Part shown: positions 24,421-37,840 of the stretch, one piece after another
Numbering within the stretch: position 1 is the first letter of the stretch
Layout of the letters: each line of letters opens with the position of its first letter
Translations under genes and position numbers: made by a program
Notes under the pieces: model-generated
The model's input: the letters and a program-made list of their open reading frames with translations, nothing else
The model's database searches: none
Told to the model about the DNA's origin: nothing
NCBI GenBank assembly: GCA_030390025.1
Contig: CM059432.1
Coordinates: 41,542,001 to 41,606,000 of the forward strand
Length of the DNA: 64,000 nucleotides
Direction: 5' to 3'
Source: Squalus acanthias
Taxonomy: Eukaryota

Positions 24421-25805
24421 CTGCATCATCAGCAAACTTAGATATATTACATTTGGTCCCCTCATCCAAATCATTGATATTGATTGCGAATAGCTGAGTC
24501 CAAAGCATTGATCCTTGTGGTACCCCACCAGTTACAGCCTGCCAACCCGAAAATGACCCGTTTATTCCTACTCTCTGTTTTCTGTCCATTAACCAATCCT
24601 CAATCCATGCTAGTATATTACCCCCAATCCCGTGAGTCCTAATTTTGATTAATAATATCTTGTGTGGCACCTTATCGAATGCCTTCTGAAAATTCAAATA
24701 CACCACATCCACTGGTTCCCCCCTTATCTATTCTGCTAGCTACAACCTCAAAAAACTCTAACAGATTTGTCAAACATGATTTCCCTTTCATAAATCCGTG
24801 TTGACTCTGCCCAATCCTATTATTATTTTCTGAGTGCCCTGTTACCACGTCCTTAATAATAGATTCTAGCATTTTCCCTACTACTGATGCCTGTAGTTTC
24901 CCGTTTTCTCTCTCCCTCCTTTCTTAAATAGTGGGGTTACATTTGCTACCTTCCAATCTGCGGGAACCGTTTTAGAATCTATGGAATTTTGGAAGATGAC
25001 AACCAATGCATCCACTATCTCTATAGCTACCTTTTTTAAAACCCTAGGATTTAGGCCATCAGATCCAGGGGATTTATCGGCTTTCAGTCCCATTAATTTC
25101 TCCAGTACTATTTTTTTACTAATACTAATTTCTTTCAGTTCCTCATTCTCGCTGGACCCTTGGTTCTCCACTATTTCTGCGAAGTTTTTTTGCATTTTCT
25201 TCCATGAAGACAAACACAAAGGGCTGGATTTTCATTGACCCGTGGAGGCAGGTTTGGAGGCGTGTGGGAGGTTAAAATTGCAAAAACTGGCGGGCAGGCA
25301 CAAGTCCGCCTCCATCCCGCCTCTACGCAATTTTCATTAAATCGTGTCTGCTGGTCCCAACTCCGTCCCGCCTCTAAGAGACGGGATAGGCTGTTAAGAC
25401 CCTTAACAAGCACTAAATTGACTCTATAATGCCATTTTGAAAGGCCTTTGTGATTTTAACCCTTGTTCTCCGTGAAGCACGCCTGTTGTGAAACACGATT
25501 GTGAAACCTGGCCGGAGCACATCTGGATAGCTGACTATCAGTGGCTGGGCTGGGGCTGGCAGGCATCTGGGATGGAGGAGCCGTGGTGCAAAAAAAATTC
25601 TCTCTCTCTCTCTCTCTCTCCAACTCCAACCCGCCCCAGTATCAAAATCCAGCCCAAAGTATTTGTTTAATTTCTCTGCCATTTCCTTATTCTCCATTAT
25701 AATTTCTCCTGTCTCAGCCTGTAAGGGACCCATGTTTATTTTTACTAATCTTTTCCTTTATACATACCTATAGAAGCTTTTACCATCTGTTTATATGTCT
25801 CTTGC
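24421..25805 (-). mobile_element. CR1 RT fragment interrupted by a MITE
   Basis: GPLQAETGEIIMENKEMA, KADKSPG, QHGFMKGKSCLTNL, GVPQGS, KFADDA. Confidence 0.9.
25221..25655. mobile_element. Harbinger-type MITE (435 bp)
   Basis: Perfect 12-bp TIR gggctggatttt / aaaatccagccc; AAA duplication; removal restores the CR1 sequence. Confidence 0.88.
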
Positions 25806-27074
25806 TGCCATGACTGCTCGGGAGGGGTCCTCCAGTACTCGCCAGAGTGGGTGTCCCATTTTGTGGTGGTTTGCTGCCTGCTGCACAATTTGGCCATCAT
25901 GAAGGCGCAGCCCTTTCCAGGAGGGATTGTGGGAACACCTCAGGAGGATGACAAGGCAGAGGAGGATGAGGATGAGGATGAGGAGAAGGAGGATGAGGAG
26001 GAGGAGGACGAGGAGGAGGAGGACGAGGAGGAGGAGGAACAGGATGGAGGGAGGAGGCAGTGAGACAATCAGCCTTCCGGACAGGCTGTCCGTGACCAGC
26101 TCATCAGACTGCAATTCGAATCAATGAAACCCCAGATCTCCGTTGCTTACCACATCCCCATCATACTATCCCTGTCTCACGCAATATCACAGCATCCTCC
26201 TGGATGCAAAGTTGAAATGAGAGAGACTACAAAATATTCCAAAGACCATTAATAAATTTATCTATAAACATATCATACTTACCACAGGAACTCTAATGAC
26301 TAGTGACACTTGTGCCTTCCATAGTTGAATAGCTGTCATTGTGTACAAGGTGTGAGATGTGGGTGTGAGTGTTGCTAGGTAGAGATTGTAGGTGGGTGAG
26401 TGCTGGGGGTGTGGTACATTGAGCAGTGTGTGAAGCTTGTGGTACAGATGTTGGTATGCAGCATTTGTTGAAGCCTTCACTCACCCTGACCACCCTTGTG
26501 AGCTCGTTAAACTTCCTCCTGCACTGGGTATGGGACCTGGGGACCACAGTGCTGCCTGTGACGTGGTGCGCCAACTCCCTCCACATAGTCCGTCAGACTT
26601 GTGGCGAGGGCCTCCTGCCAGTTGGTACAGGACCGCCCACCTTCTCTCCACCATTAAAACCAATGCCTCCAAAGCTTCCTCAGAAAACCTCTGGGCGTTC
26701 TCCCTGGGGCGGCAATCTGCCATCAGCATTTGTAAATAAGTGCTCCTTCTCTTTGTTCTTCTTCTTATGGCTGTTGAGCCAGCTGCACATCCAACAATGC
26801 TGAGAATGAGGTATTGCAGCATCAATGGACCTCCCCTTCAAGTAGTGAAAAATGCCTGTGGCAACCATTACTTGCATTTAGACTATACCCGATATTGGTC
26901 CATCTTTTCAGTGTAACACCAATGAGCTTGGGTTTTTAGATGAGAATCATGACTGCAATCATTTTAATGAGGAGTGAGGATGAATTTTGCGTGCAGTCTA
27001 GACGATTTTCAAATGGTGCTACTTAACCATTTTTAGTCTAAACACTGCCTCTTGGCTATATGAATTTCTAGCCC
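25805..27074 (+). mobile_element. Harbinger right-hand portion (transposase 3' end, acidic tail, Myb exon 1 remnant, right TIR)
   Basis: SHFVVVCCLLHNLAI + E/D-rich tail; minus-strand RENAQRFSEEALEAL..RSHTQCRRKFNELTRVVR; terminus aatttctagccc at 27063-27074. Confidence 0.88.
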
Positions 27075-27311
27075 TATGTATTTAATTAACTTTTTAAACT
27101 TTTTTTTACTTGATCTAGTTTATGTTGTACTGTAGTTAAATTAAATAAAATATTTACCCCTAATACAAACCACTACAAGTATTGGAGACAAAAAACAGCA
27201 CCTCCTTCCCCCTCTGTTCTGAAGTCCCACTCTCTCCAAATTCCCAACTTTAGCACGCTGTTTAGAAGCACTCCGTTTAAGACCACTCTGTGCAGACCAC
27301 TCTTATTTCTA

Positions 27312-27777
27312 AAAAGAGAAAGACTTACATTTATATAGCACTTTTCACGACCTCAGGACATCCCAAAGTGCTTTACAGCCAATGAAGTATTTTTGAAGTG
27401 TAGTCACTGTTGTAATGTAGGAAACACGGCAGCCAATTTGCACACAGCAAGCTCCCACAAACAGCAATGTGATAATGACCAGATAATCTGTTTTTGTTAT
27501 GTTGATTGAGGGATAAATATTGGCCAGGACACCGGGGATAACTCCCCTGCTCTTCTTCGAAATAGTGCCATGGGATCGCTTACGTCCACCTGAGAAAGCA
27601 GACGGGGCCTCGGTTTAAGGTCTCATTCAAAAGACGACACCTCCAACAAAGCAGCACTCCCTCAGTATGGCACTGGAGTGTCAGCGTAGACTTTTGTGCT
27701 CAAGTCTCTGGAGTGGGACTTCAACTCAGAACCTTCTGACTCAGAGGCGAGAGCACCACCAACTGAGCCACAGCTGA
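27312..27777 (-). mobile_element. Full-length SacSINE1-like (Deu) SINE
   Basis: tRNA-like head (gtcagctgtggctcagttggtggtgctctcgcctctgagtcagaagg on minus strand), central core, L2-like tail. Confidence 0.92.
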
Positions 27778-28157
27778 CGTCTCATCATTTAAAGCAAGCT
27801 TCATCCATTTTTGGCCAGGCCACCAGTTTGCTCACCTCGTGATGGTTCAGCTGTCCAACTGGTGGACGGAATAGATAGTGAGAAAACCATCATATAGACA
27901 TCCACTCTTCTAGCTGAAGGAGCGACTGCGTGGGGAAAAACTTAACTGAGGGAGAAAATAAAATAACATGTTCTTAAACATTAGCATTGTTGCATTTAAT
28001 TTAAATCTAAATGCGCTCTTAAAATATGTAAATGAATATGATATATCAAGAGATAGTTAACATAAAAAACATTTTGATGGTCCAAGTGTGAGCAATAATC
28101 CTTGAGAATTAAGAGTACTGTCTCTATTTAATTTGCCTACTATTGGTTTTAGTGTGC

Positions 28158-29065
28158 GATTACATCAGATTACATAAGATATACAGCACAGAAACAGGCC
28201 ATTCGGCCCAACCAGTCCATGCCGGCGTTTATGCTTCACTCGAGCCTCCTCCCGTCTTTCCTCATCTAACTCTATCAGCATAACCCTCTATTCCCTTCTC
28301 CCTCATATGCTTGTCCAGCCTCCCCTTAAATGCATCTATACTATTCACCTCAACCACTCCCTGTGGTAGCGAGTTCCACATTCTCACCACTCTCTGGGTA
28401 AAGAAGTTTCTTCTGAATTCCCTATTTGATTTCATGATGACTATCTTATATTGATGGCCTCTAATTATGCTCTTCCCCACAAGTGGAAACACTCTCTCTG
28501 TATCGACTCTATCAAAACCTTTCATAATTTTAAAGACCTCTATTTGGTCACCCCTCAGCCTTCTCTTTTCAAGAGAAAAGATGCCCAGCCTGTTCATCCT
28601 TTCCTAATAGGTATAACCTCACATTTCTGGTATCATCCTTGTAAATCTTTTTTGCACCCTCCCCAGTGCCTCTATATCCTTTTTATAATATGGCGGCCAG
28701 AATTGTACGCAGTACTCCAAGTGTGGTTTAACCAAGGTTCGATACAAGTTTAGCATAACCGCTCTACTTTTCAATTCTCTCCCTCTAGAAATAAACCCTA
28801 GTACTTGGTTTGTTATTTTATGGCCTTATTTACCTGCATCGCTACTTTTAATAATTTGTACATTTGTACTCTGAGATCCCTTTGCTCTTCTACCCATTTA
28901 CATTCTTATTTTCCAAGTAATATGTGACCTCCTTGTTTTTCTTAACAAAATGTAATACCTCACATTTATCTGTGTTGAAATTCATTTGCCAATTATATGC
29001 CCATTCTGCAATTTTATTAATGTCTTCTTGTAATTTATTGCAGTCCTCCTCAGTATTGACTATCC
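28158..29065 (-). mobile_element. CR1 3' fragment
   Basis: RRLRGDQIEVFKIMKG..FFTQRVVRMWNSLP; (GATTACAT)-type tail. Confidence 0.92.
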
Positions 29066-30126
29066 CCCCCCACCACCCCAACCAGACCCTGACTTAGAAT
29101 AAAGCACCTTGAGCTGATTGAGACGTTTAGCTGTCTCGCTAGTTAATTCTCTGTCCTGGGTGCCAACATGCCGAAAAACCCTTCTGCAATGATTACAACT
29201 GTAGTCATAGTTCAGTGAAGAATATGATGGAAATAATTGTAAGCAGGAAGCAGAAAGTTATTATCTAAGAATAGAGCATAACCATATATCATACCTTGAC
29301 ACTGACCCATAGACTGCCTGTTTGCATTCTTTCACAGTGAGTGAAGTTATGAAGTAGTCATATCGAAAAACAAATAAAAACCGGTTGCACTGTTTAGAAG
29401 TGTAACCAATGACTCATTAGGTCAAAATGAAAAACTCTCATGTTTAACAGAAACTTTTCTATTAAACAATTAATTGCAACAAATTGAAATATATGATCCC
29501 TTTCCAAGCTTAAAGACTAACATTGAGCAAGAGTTATGCACTGATGCTGTGAGCAAATTAATACTTGAGGCAAAGGAAATAAGTGAGCATTCATCCATTC
29601 AGCCTGTCAAACCAGAAACATAACAGACAGAAAATCAACAACCAGGGTAGATCTGGCTCTGGCTGGTAACTATTTTAACTTGTGCACAAACCTAGACACT
29701 GCACTCACAGCAGGGAGGGGGCGTAAATGAGAAATATTTCCCCTGGCCACTATACATTATCAACATTGTAAAGTTAACAATGGCGAAGGGCGAGTGGGGG
29801 TTTATACTAGACATCAGCAACAATTCTTCAAGCACTCTCCTCTTGGGAGAGTACCACTGATACATTTTGAGTGGACTCTACCTCGACTAGCAACTCTTCT
29901 GTTTACAGTAATCTCATATAACCCACCTCTGATTCAAATCCTTTCATTTCTAACACACAGCTTCCTGTGCATCTTCTCTAAATTGTGCATTTCTATTGAA
30001 AATGTAGACTATTTTTGTCACAAATGGGCAATTAATTCCAATAAGTCTACAAAAAGCAATTACTGCCCCATCAGTCTACTCTCAATCATCAGCAAAGTGA
30101 TGGATGGTGTCATCGACAGTGCTACA

Positions 30127-33060
30127 GAAAAATCAGGACTGGGAATTAAACATTGCAGGGTATAACATATTTAAAAAAGATAGAAATGGATAAAGGGGAG
30201 GTGGAGTAGCTGTACTTGGTGGGATAATATAATGGCAGTAGAAAAAAGTGACGAAGCTATCAGCAAGACAGAAATAGAATCCATGTGGATACAGATAAAA
30301 GATAATAAAGGATCAATCATACTAATAGGGGTAGTCTACAGGCCACCTAATAGTGGAAGGGAGGTGGAGGAAGAAATATGCAAGCAAATTAGGGAAATGA
30401 GTAAACACCATAGAATAATAATCATGGGGGATTTCAACTACCCTGATATTAATTGGACAGAAGAGGTAGGTATAGGGAATGGAGATCCTACAATGTGTAC
30501 AGGACTCCTTTCGAACCCAATATGTAAAAAGCCCAACAAGGGAGGATTTGTTATTGGAACTAGTAATGGGGGATGAACCAGAGCAGATAAGAGAAGTAAA
30601 AGTAGGAGAACATCTAGGCAATAGTGACCATAATATAATACGCCTTAAAATAATAATTGAGAAGGACATAATTATGATGAAGGCCAGGTTAATAGATTGG
30701 AGTAAAGCTGATTTTGAGGGGCTGAGAAAAGAACTTGGGAAAATAAAATGGACAACAATATTGGCAAACAATGATGTAGAACAGCAATGGGAAACATTTA
30801 AAACTGTGTTCAACAGAGTCCAGGAAAAATATATTCCGCTAAAAAACAAGAACAAGCTAAACACTAATGAGACACCATGGATGATTAAACCCATAAGGGA
30901 AAAATTGAGGGTAAGGAAAGAGGCATACATTAAGTACATGGACAGCAGGGGAGAGCATGATAAGGGAGAATAGGAAGAGATTAGGAGAGAAGTCAAAAAA
31001 AACAATTAGGGAGGCAAAGAGGAACTATGAAATTAAATTATCAAGGAACATAAAAAAAATAGTAAAATATTTTACAGGCACATCAATAAAAAAAAAGGAA
31101 GGTTGGGATGGGAATAGGGCCACTAAAGGATGGACAGGATAATATCACAGACAGTGATAGAGAGATGGCAGAAATATTAAATAATTACTTTGCTTCAGTA
31201 TTTACCAGGGAGATAGACCAGGTGGACATGATGCTGGATCATGAGATTAGTAATGAGATAAGTGCATTTAAAATAAAAAGAGGAGATATGTTAAATAAAC
31301 TAATCAAACTCAAAGAGGAAAAAAAGCGTGGTCTGGATGGATTACATCCGCGCATTTTAAAAGAATCTAGGGAAGAGATAGCAGAGGCATTACGAGACAT
31401 ATTTAATAATTCATTAGAAAAAGATGTAGTGCCAGAGGACTGGCGGATGGCTATCATAATACCTATATTTCAGAATTGTGAGAAGTCGCACAACACCAGG
31501 TTATAGTCCAAAAGTTTTATTTGAAATCACAAGCTTTCGGAGCGCTGCTCCTTTGTCAGGTTGGACTATAACCTGGTGTTGTGCGACTTCTCATATTTGT
31601 CCACCCCAGTCCAACACCGGCATCTCCACATCACATATATTTCAGAAGGGAGATAAAACATGTCCAGGGACCAGTCAGCTTAACATCAGTGGTAGGAAAA
31701 ATAATGGAATCCCTACTAAAGGAGAAAATAGAAGAACATCTAGAAGCCAAAAATATAATAATGAATAGGCAGCATGGATTTCAAAAGGGAAAGTCTTGCT
31801 TGGCCAACCTCATTGAATTTTTTGAAGAGGTAACAGGGAGAATAGACAAGGGTAATGCAGTAGATGTAATTTATCTAGATTTTCAAAAGGCCTTTGATAA
31901 GGTACACATAAGAGACTAATGAATAAGGTCATAGAATGCGGAGTCAGGGGACAAGTAGCAGAATGGATAGCTAGCTGGCTTCAAGACAGGAAGCAGAGAG
32001 TAGGAGTAAAGGGTAGCTATTCACAATGGCAGAATGTGGGTAGTGGTGTTCCACAAGGATCAGTGCTGGGACCACTGATGACCACAATTTATATTAATGA
32101 TTTAGATGTTGGAATCAAAAACACAATTTCTAAATTTGCGGATGACACCAAATTGGGGGGACAGTTAATACTGAGGAGGACTGCAACAAATTACAGGAAG
32201 ATATTAATAAACTTGCAGAATGGGCATATAATTGGCAAATGAAATTCAACACAGATAAATGTGAGGTATTACATTTTGGTAGGAAGAATAGGGAGGTCAC
32301 TTATCACTTGGAGGGTGCGAGTTTGGGTGGCGTAGAGGAACAAAGGGATCTCAGAGTACAAATACACAAATCACTAAAAGTAGCGACACAGGTTAACAAG
32401 GCCATAAAAAATGCAAACCAAGCACTCGGGTTAATTTCTAGAGGGATAGAATTGAAAAGTAGTGAAGTTATGCTAAACTTGTATCGAGCCTTGGATAGAC
32501 CACACTTGGGGTACTGCGTACAATTCTGGTCACCATATTATAAAAAAGATATAGAGGCACTGGAGAGGCTGCAGAGAAGATTTACAAGGATGATACCAGA
32601 AATGCCAGAGGATATACATATCAGGAAAGGATGAACAGGCTGGGTCTCTTTTTGCTTGAAAAAAGAAGGCTGAGGGGGTGACCTAATAGAGGTCTTTAAA
32701 ATTATGGAAGGTTTTGATAGAGTAGATACAAAGAGAGTGTTTCCACTTGTGAGCATAACTAGAGGCCATCAATATAAGATAGTCAACAAGAAATCAAATA
32801 GGGAATTCAGAAGAAACTTCTTTACCCAGAGAGTGGTGAGAATGTGGAACTCGCTACCACAGGGAGTAGTTGAAGCAAATAGTATAGATGCATTTAAGGG
32901 GAGGCTAGACAAGCATATGAGGGAGAAGGGAATAGAGGGTTATGCTGATAGAGTTAGATGAGGAAAGATGGGAGGAGGCTCGAGTGGAGCATAAATGCCA
33001 GCATGGACTGGTTGGGCCAAATGGCCTGTTTCTGTGCCTTATATCCTATGTAATCCTGTA
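30127..33060 (+). mobile_element. CR1 LINE, near-complete ORF2 (APE endonuclease + RT), frameshifted
   Basis: VVYRPPNS, IIMGDFNYP, LGNSDHN (APE); QHGFQKGKSCL, YLDFQKAFDKV, GVPQGSVLGP, KFADDTK (RT); tail atcctatgtaatcc. Confidence 0.95.
31476..31635 (+). mobile_element. Penelope-like family A fragment with inverted arm
   Basis: 12-bp TSD tatatttcagaa (31464-31475 / 31636-31647); same 3' end as other family A copies. Confidence 0.87.
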
Positions 33061-33574
33061 TTAACTTGCCACTATTTTTTTCCATCATCAATTCCTTTGT
33101 CCAGTTTTATAATGAAAGTTGCATATGTAAAGTTGTCATTTTAATTACACCCTCCCACCAGAGGAGGCACTGGTTTGCAGTTCTAGGTAGTACATGGGCC
33201 ACTCTCACTTTTCTTCCTTGGGCACCAGGTTCACCCTCCAAAATTATTAGCTTCAAAAGTGACCCTTTGCACTGCATTATGGTTAAGGAATTCACTAACA
33301 AGATGTGTTTCCATCTCCCCTAACAGCAATTACGTGCATGCAAAAGCTTTAAACCACTCCCTCCACTTTAACAGGGACATACCGGCATATCTGTTGCATC
33401 AGCTATTTGATGCCACCTGGGAAACATCTCTCAAATACTAATTTTCATCTGAAGCACTTAATCTTGTTACAGCAGAAACATGTAACAATGTCCGTGAAAG
33501 GCAGGGCACTGGACGGGGAATCCGCAACATCAGCGAACTCACCCCCCTATGAGGAGTAGGCCATGGAGCTGATG

Positions 33575-33958
33575 GAAAGGCACTCTCCCTCCATGATCAG
33601 CATACTGTGGCTGCAGTGTATACTATCTACAGGATGCACTGCAGCAACATGCCAAGGCTTCTGCGGCAGCACCTCCCAAACCCGCAACTTCCACCACCTA
33701 GAAGGACAAGGGCAGTGAACCATCACCTCCAAGTTCACTATCCTAGTCACACACCATCATGACTTGGACAAATATCGCCATATGTTCTGGGTCAAAATCC
33801 TGAAACTCCCTACCTAACAACATTGTGGGAACACCTTCACCACATGGACTGCAGCAGTTCAAATGAATGCTCACTACCACCTTCTCAAAGGCAATTAAGG
33901 ATGGGCAAAAAATGCTGGCCTTGCCAGCTACGCCCACATACCGAAAATGAATTTAAAA
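33575..33958 (+). mobile_element. LINE family B 3' fragment
   Basis: Reverse complement of the family B 3' region (ggcaattaaggatgggcaaaaaatgctggccttgccagc). Confidence 0.82.
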
Positions 33959-35569
33959 TAAACTCTGCTCAAGCAGTGGGAGATGGCAAGATAAGTGGGA
34001 TAGTGTAGGTTGCAGGTTAGTGGGTGCAGACTTAGACAACACCGTGGCATGTCTATGAATCAGCATGCAACCAGAAGCTTCCATACCCTTCTCTTTCAAC
34101 TTAATCTTGGGGTTATGCTCACTCAATCTTAGCTTATGCCCTCTTCTACAGATCCATCAGAGCAATGCAGAGCAGAAGGTGAGGAAAAGGACCAAGATCA
34201 TGATGAGGAGGAGGAACAGCAAGGAATAAATCTGTTCCTCATCAACTATGGTAACGAGGAGGATGAAGATAATAAGGACCAGGCCACACAGGAGTACCTG
34301 AAGCAAGATCCTGCCCCATTTCTCTGCTCCAATCCCCTAGGTGTCACTTGCGTTCTCATTCCCATGCACCAGGTCAGATACTGTCACCTGGAGGAATTAG
34401 ATAGTGGAAGTGTGGACATGGTGATTCATATAGCATGAGGGAGCTGGAGGAGTGATGGTTGGGTGAAGTTGTGTCAGTATCCCAGCAGAGGCAGAAGCGA
34501 AGACTGCTCATGGCTTTGTGTGACCCAAATCACACAGGTACTCGCTTTAAACTAAGGATATTTGTGCAACACCTCACATACCCGGAGGCTGTGTCAGTCT
34601 CCGAGGATGTGCTGCATCTAACAGGTGTAACTCTAGAGTCTGCGCCCTCATTTGCAGAAACATCATGAAAGCTTTTTTTTTCATTCGGATTAAAACATGT
34701 GCAAGTAGTCAGAGGGACCATCCTCAAGGATCTGCACACAACAGATTTTGCAAGGCCCAGGAATCGGCTCATTCTGTGCACCAAAGATAAACATGAATCA
34801 CACTTTATTATGTTAAGGTATAATTACCACTTAATAATGATATGGTTATTTTGGCAGTAACCCCACTTTTGGTGTAGTTATAGCGATTGAATTTTCCACA
34901 ATTAATATTCACAGGACTAATGAATGACCACAGAATAGTATATCAAATAAACCCCATTGTTAAACCACTTATTGAGGGCAGCCTAAATAATTAGCCCTCG
35001 CTTACTATCTGCACAGGGGTGGATCGCACTCCATGTTCTTTAGATTCAGTCTTTAGCCTTCAATTTAAATTTTCTTGAAAAGGTTTATTATTATCAGTCC
35101 TCCACAGTCTCCTATTGCTCTTCCAATTGGAAAACATTGCTAATTCAATTTTTATTTGCTTCCTATGATTTGCGTATACTTCTCTCAATCTCTCTTAATT
35201 TCCTTTATTAAGCTCACACTACCTTTCTTTAAGTTTGGCAAATCTTTTTATGACTTTCATAAAATCATTTCATAACTCGGAAGTGGAATTCTGCCCAATC
35301 TGCATTTTAATTAGTTTTCCATGATTACATTTTCCACTCAGCTTCACATTGGTGATGTTTAATTTGTTTCAGCTGTTGTATTCACATTGACAAACCCATC
35401 TGAAAATGGCTTCAGCTGTTGCATTTTCACAAACTAATTTTTACTATCCAGTCAGCATGCTGCCTTTGAAACATATCACAACCTCATGCATTGTAATACT
35501 AGGAATTGTTCCGTCTTAACTAGGTCACTCCTGTCACTTGCACCACATGTTGGGAAAGCACCAAACATC

Positions 35570-36170
35570 GGCTTAGAAATTCGATTGTGCCTGTTCACAT
35601 GGTTGCAGAGACCACGTTAAATTGGTGCTGCCAGCTCATGATCATGAGTCAGGCATTCAGCCAGCACTACCCGCACTACTTATTGGCTTATTAGGTGGAG
35701 TGGGAAATCGGGTTTGAATTACGCCACGTAAAGGCAGCCAGCACCTCTTACAGTGGGTTGCATTCTGGCTGCAGACAGCAGAGAAACATTTTTAAAGGGA
35801 TAAAATGGCTGGAAGAGATATAGACAGGGTGTCCAGGTTCTTGGATTCAGCCTAAGAGGCCCTGGGCTAGGCTATCCACAGGAGGGGGAAGATGCTATTC
35901 CCCCAGGGGGGACAGCACCTCTGCTGCCAGTGGGAAGAGGTCGCTGACAAGGTTACTACCAGGAGCTTAGCCCCCAGAACATGGCTGCAATGCAGAAAAA
36001 AGTTCAATGACCTCAACAGAGTTGTCAATGTAAGGTCTTAGCGCTCACATTAACTATGCTCTCCTCACACCTGCACACACACTACTCGCAATACTCCCCT
36101 CCCCTGCTTCCCTTCACTCTCCTACAATCACTGCACCACATTTCACTTCACCTCCTACTCTCACCACTAT
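35570..36170 (-). mobile_element. Decayed Harbinger Myb-side end with Myb exon 1 pseudogene (on + strand, ~35805-36029)
   Basis: Terminus ggcttagaaatt; translation MAGRDIDRVSRF..RRGKMLFPQ..WEEVADKV..PRTWLQCRKKFNDLNRVV with stops, then gtaagg donor. Confidence 0.8.
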
Positions 36171-36386
36171 TGCAAACAGTGTAGGACTTTGTCAGGCTCC
36201 AAATCCTCCTCAGGAACAGTGCTTCTGTTCCTCTAATGACTTCTGGGTTCAGCTGCTTGCCAATTCATTTGTATCTTACCAGTTGTGGGAATGACAGGAA
36301 AATAAAGTTTCCAACAGGAAAACCTGACTATTGCTGTAAGAGTATTTTGGGGCAGAGCAAGAGTTGCTGAAAAATGGAAACACTTA

Positions 36387-37127
36387 GAGGGAGAAATTCA
36401 TTATAGCCCTGTTTGGGGCGGTAGCTTTTAAAAGTTGAAAAAATTAGCGCCAGGCTAATGTCTTTCAACTTTTAAAAAATTTGGTTTTGCGCTCCAGGAA
36501 GGAAGTGGAGCACTAAATCAAGCGCTCCACTTCCTTCCTGGAGCGCAGCAGGCAGCAGGCGGGGCGGTAGGTGTGCGGCGCTGCACAATGGGCCCTGCAG
36601 CGCTGCCGTGTTGGAAGACTCCTTCCCTGCCTTAAAGGGAAGGCCATCGCTGCAGGCTCTGCAATGGCAAACCTTACCTGGTCCCCGACGGCAGCCGCGA
36701 TCCGGCCCGATCAGCCTGATGCACTGCAGTAGAGTGCCGGGCTGATCGATCTCTGGAGAAGAAAACTGAAAAAAAACCAGAAACATCATTTCAGATTTTT
36801 TATTACTTACCTCGGCCACCTCGCCTTTAAGTATCGCCCCCGAAGCGCCCGGCCTCCGGATGAACGCCTCCTGCAGCTGCCAGTGTTTTCGGCCGGTGAT
36901 GCTGCAGGGGGCGGAACCGAAGTTCGGGTCCGGGGCGCTACCAGGGCGATGCGCACGGCGACGATGTCACGATCTCCGGGCGCAACGCCATACCGCTGCT
37001 GCAAACCTACCGCCGAATATCACGGGAGTCGATCTTCTCGCCGCGCCAGGTGGGTAAGTGATTAGCGCCCCGTTATCGCCCTCCGGAGGCGATAACGGGA
37101 GGCGCAAAGGTACCCAATTTCTCCCCC
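36387..37127. mobile_element. Harbinger MITE (741 bp) related to the intact element
   Basis: TIR gagggagaaatt / aatttctccccc; tta/tca duplication; right end reverse-complements to tgcgcctcccgttatcgcc..agggcgataacggggcgctaa, like 41433-41477. Confidence 0.88.
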
Positions 37128-37840
37128 TCACTGTCTTGCGTAGGCATGTTTCAATAAAGCAGGGTAGAGGATGCATGCCCTACCAAATATAAAACAGTTT
37201 GACTATCCATAGGAGATCCAGGAGCATGCTTTTTTAAAATTTGTTCCTGGGATGTGGGTGTCGCTCGCTGGGGCAGCATTTATTGCTCATCCCTAATTGA
37301 CTTTGAGAAGGTGATGGTGAGCCGCCTTCTTAAACCACTGCAGTCTGTGAGGTGCTGTTAGGGAGGGAGTTCCAGGATTTTGACCCCGCGATGATGAAGG
37401 AATGGCAATATATTTCCAAGCCAGGATGGTGTGTGACTTGGAGGGGAACTTGGAGGTGGTGATGTTCCCATACACCTACTGCCCTTGTCCTTCTAGGTGG
37501 TAGAGATCGCAGGTTTGGGAGATGCTGGCGAAGAAGCCTTGGCGAGTTGCTGCAATGCATCTTGTAGATGGTACACACTGCAGCCACGGTACGCTGGTGG
37601 TGGAGGGAGTGAATGTTTAAGGTGGTGGATGGGGTGCCAATTAAGCGGGCTGCTTTGCCCTGGATGGTGTCGAGCTTCTTGAGTGTTGTTGGAGTTGCAC
37701 TCATCCAGGCAAGTGGAGAGTATTCCATCACACTCCTGACTTGTGCCTTGAAGATGGTGGAAAGGCTTTGGGAAGTCAGGAGGTGAGACACTTGCCGCAG
37801 AATACTAGTTACAGCAAAAGTTATAGCAAATCGTGTGTTA

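Noticed and set aside
25791..26127. Poly-Leu and poly-Arg ORFs
   Set aside because: Alternative frames of the GAG-rich acidic transposase tail; same for ORFs around 17964-18301
27715..27777. tRNA gene
   Set aside because: tRNA-derived SINE head continuous with the SINE body; same for 2661-2690/4902-4955
34136..34670. Acidic ORF as a gene
   Set aside because: Short and low-complexity; may be a decayed Harbinger Myb-gene 3' part but I cannot align it reliably
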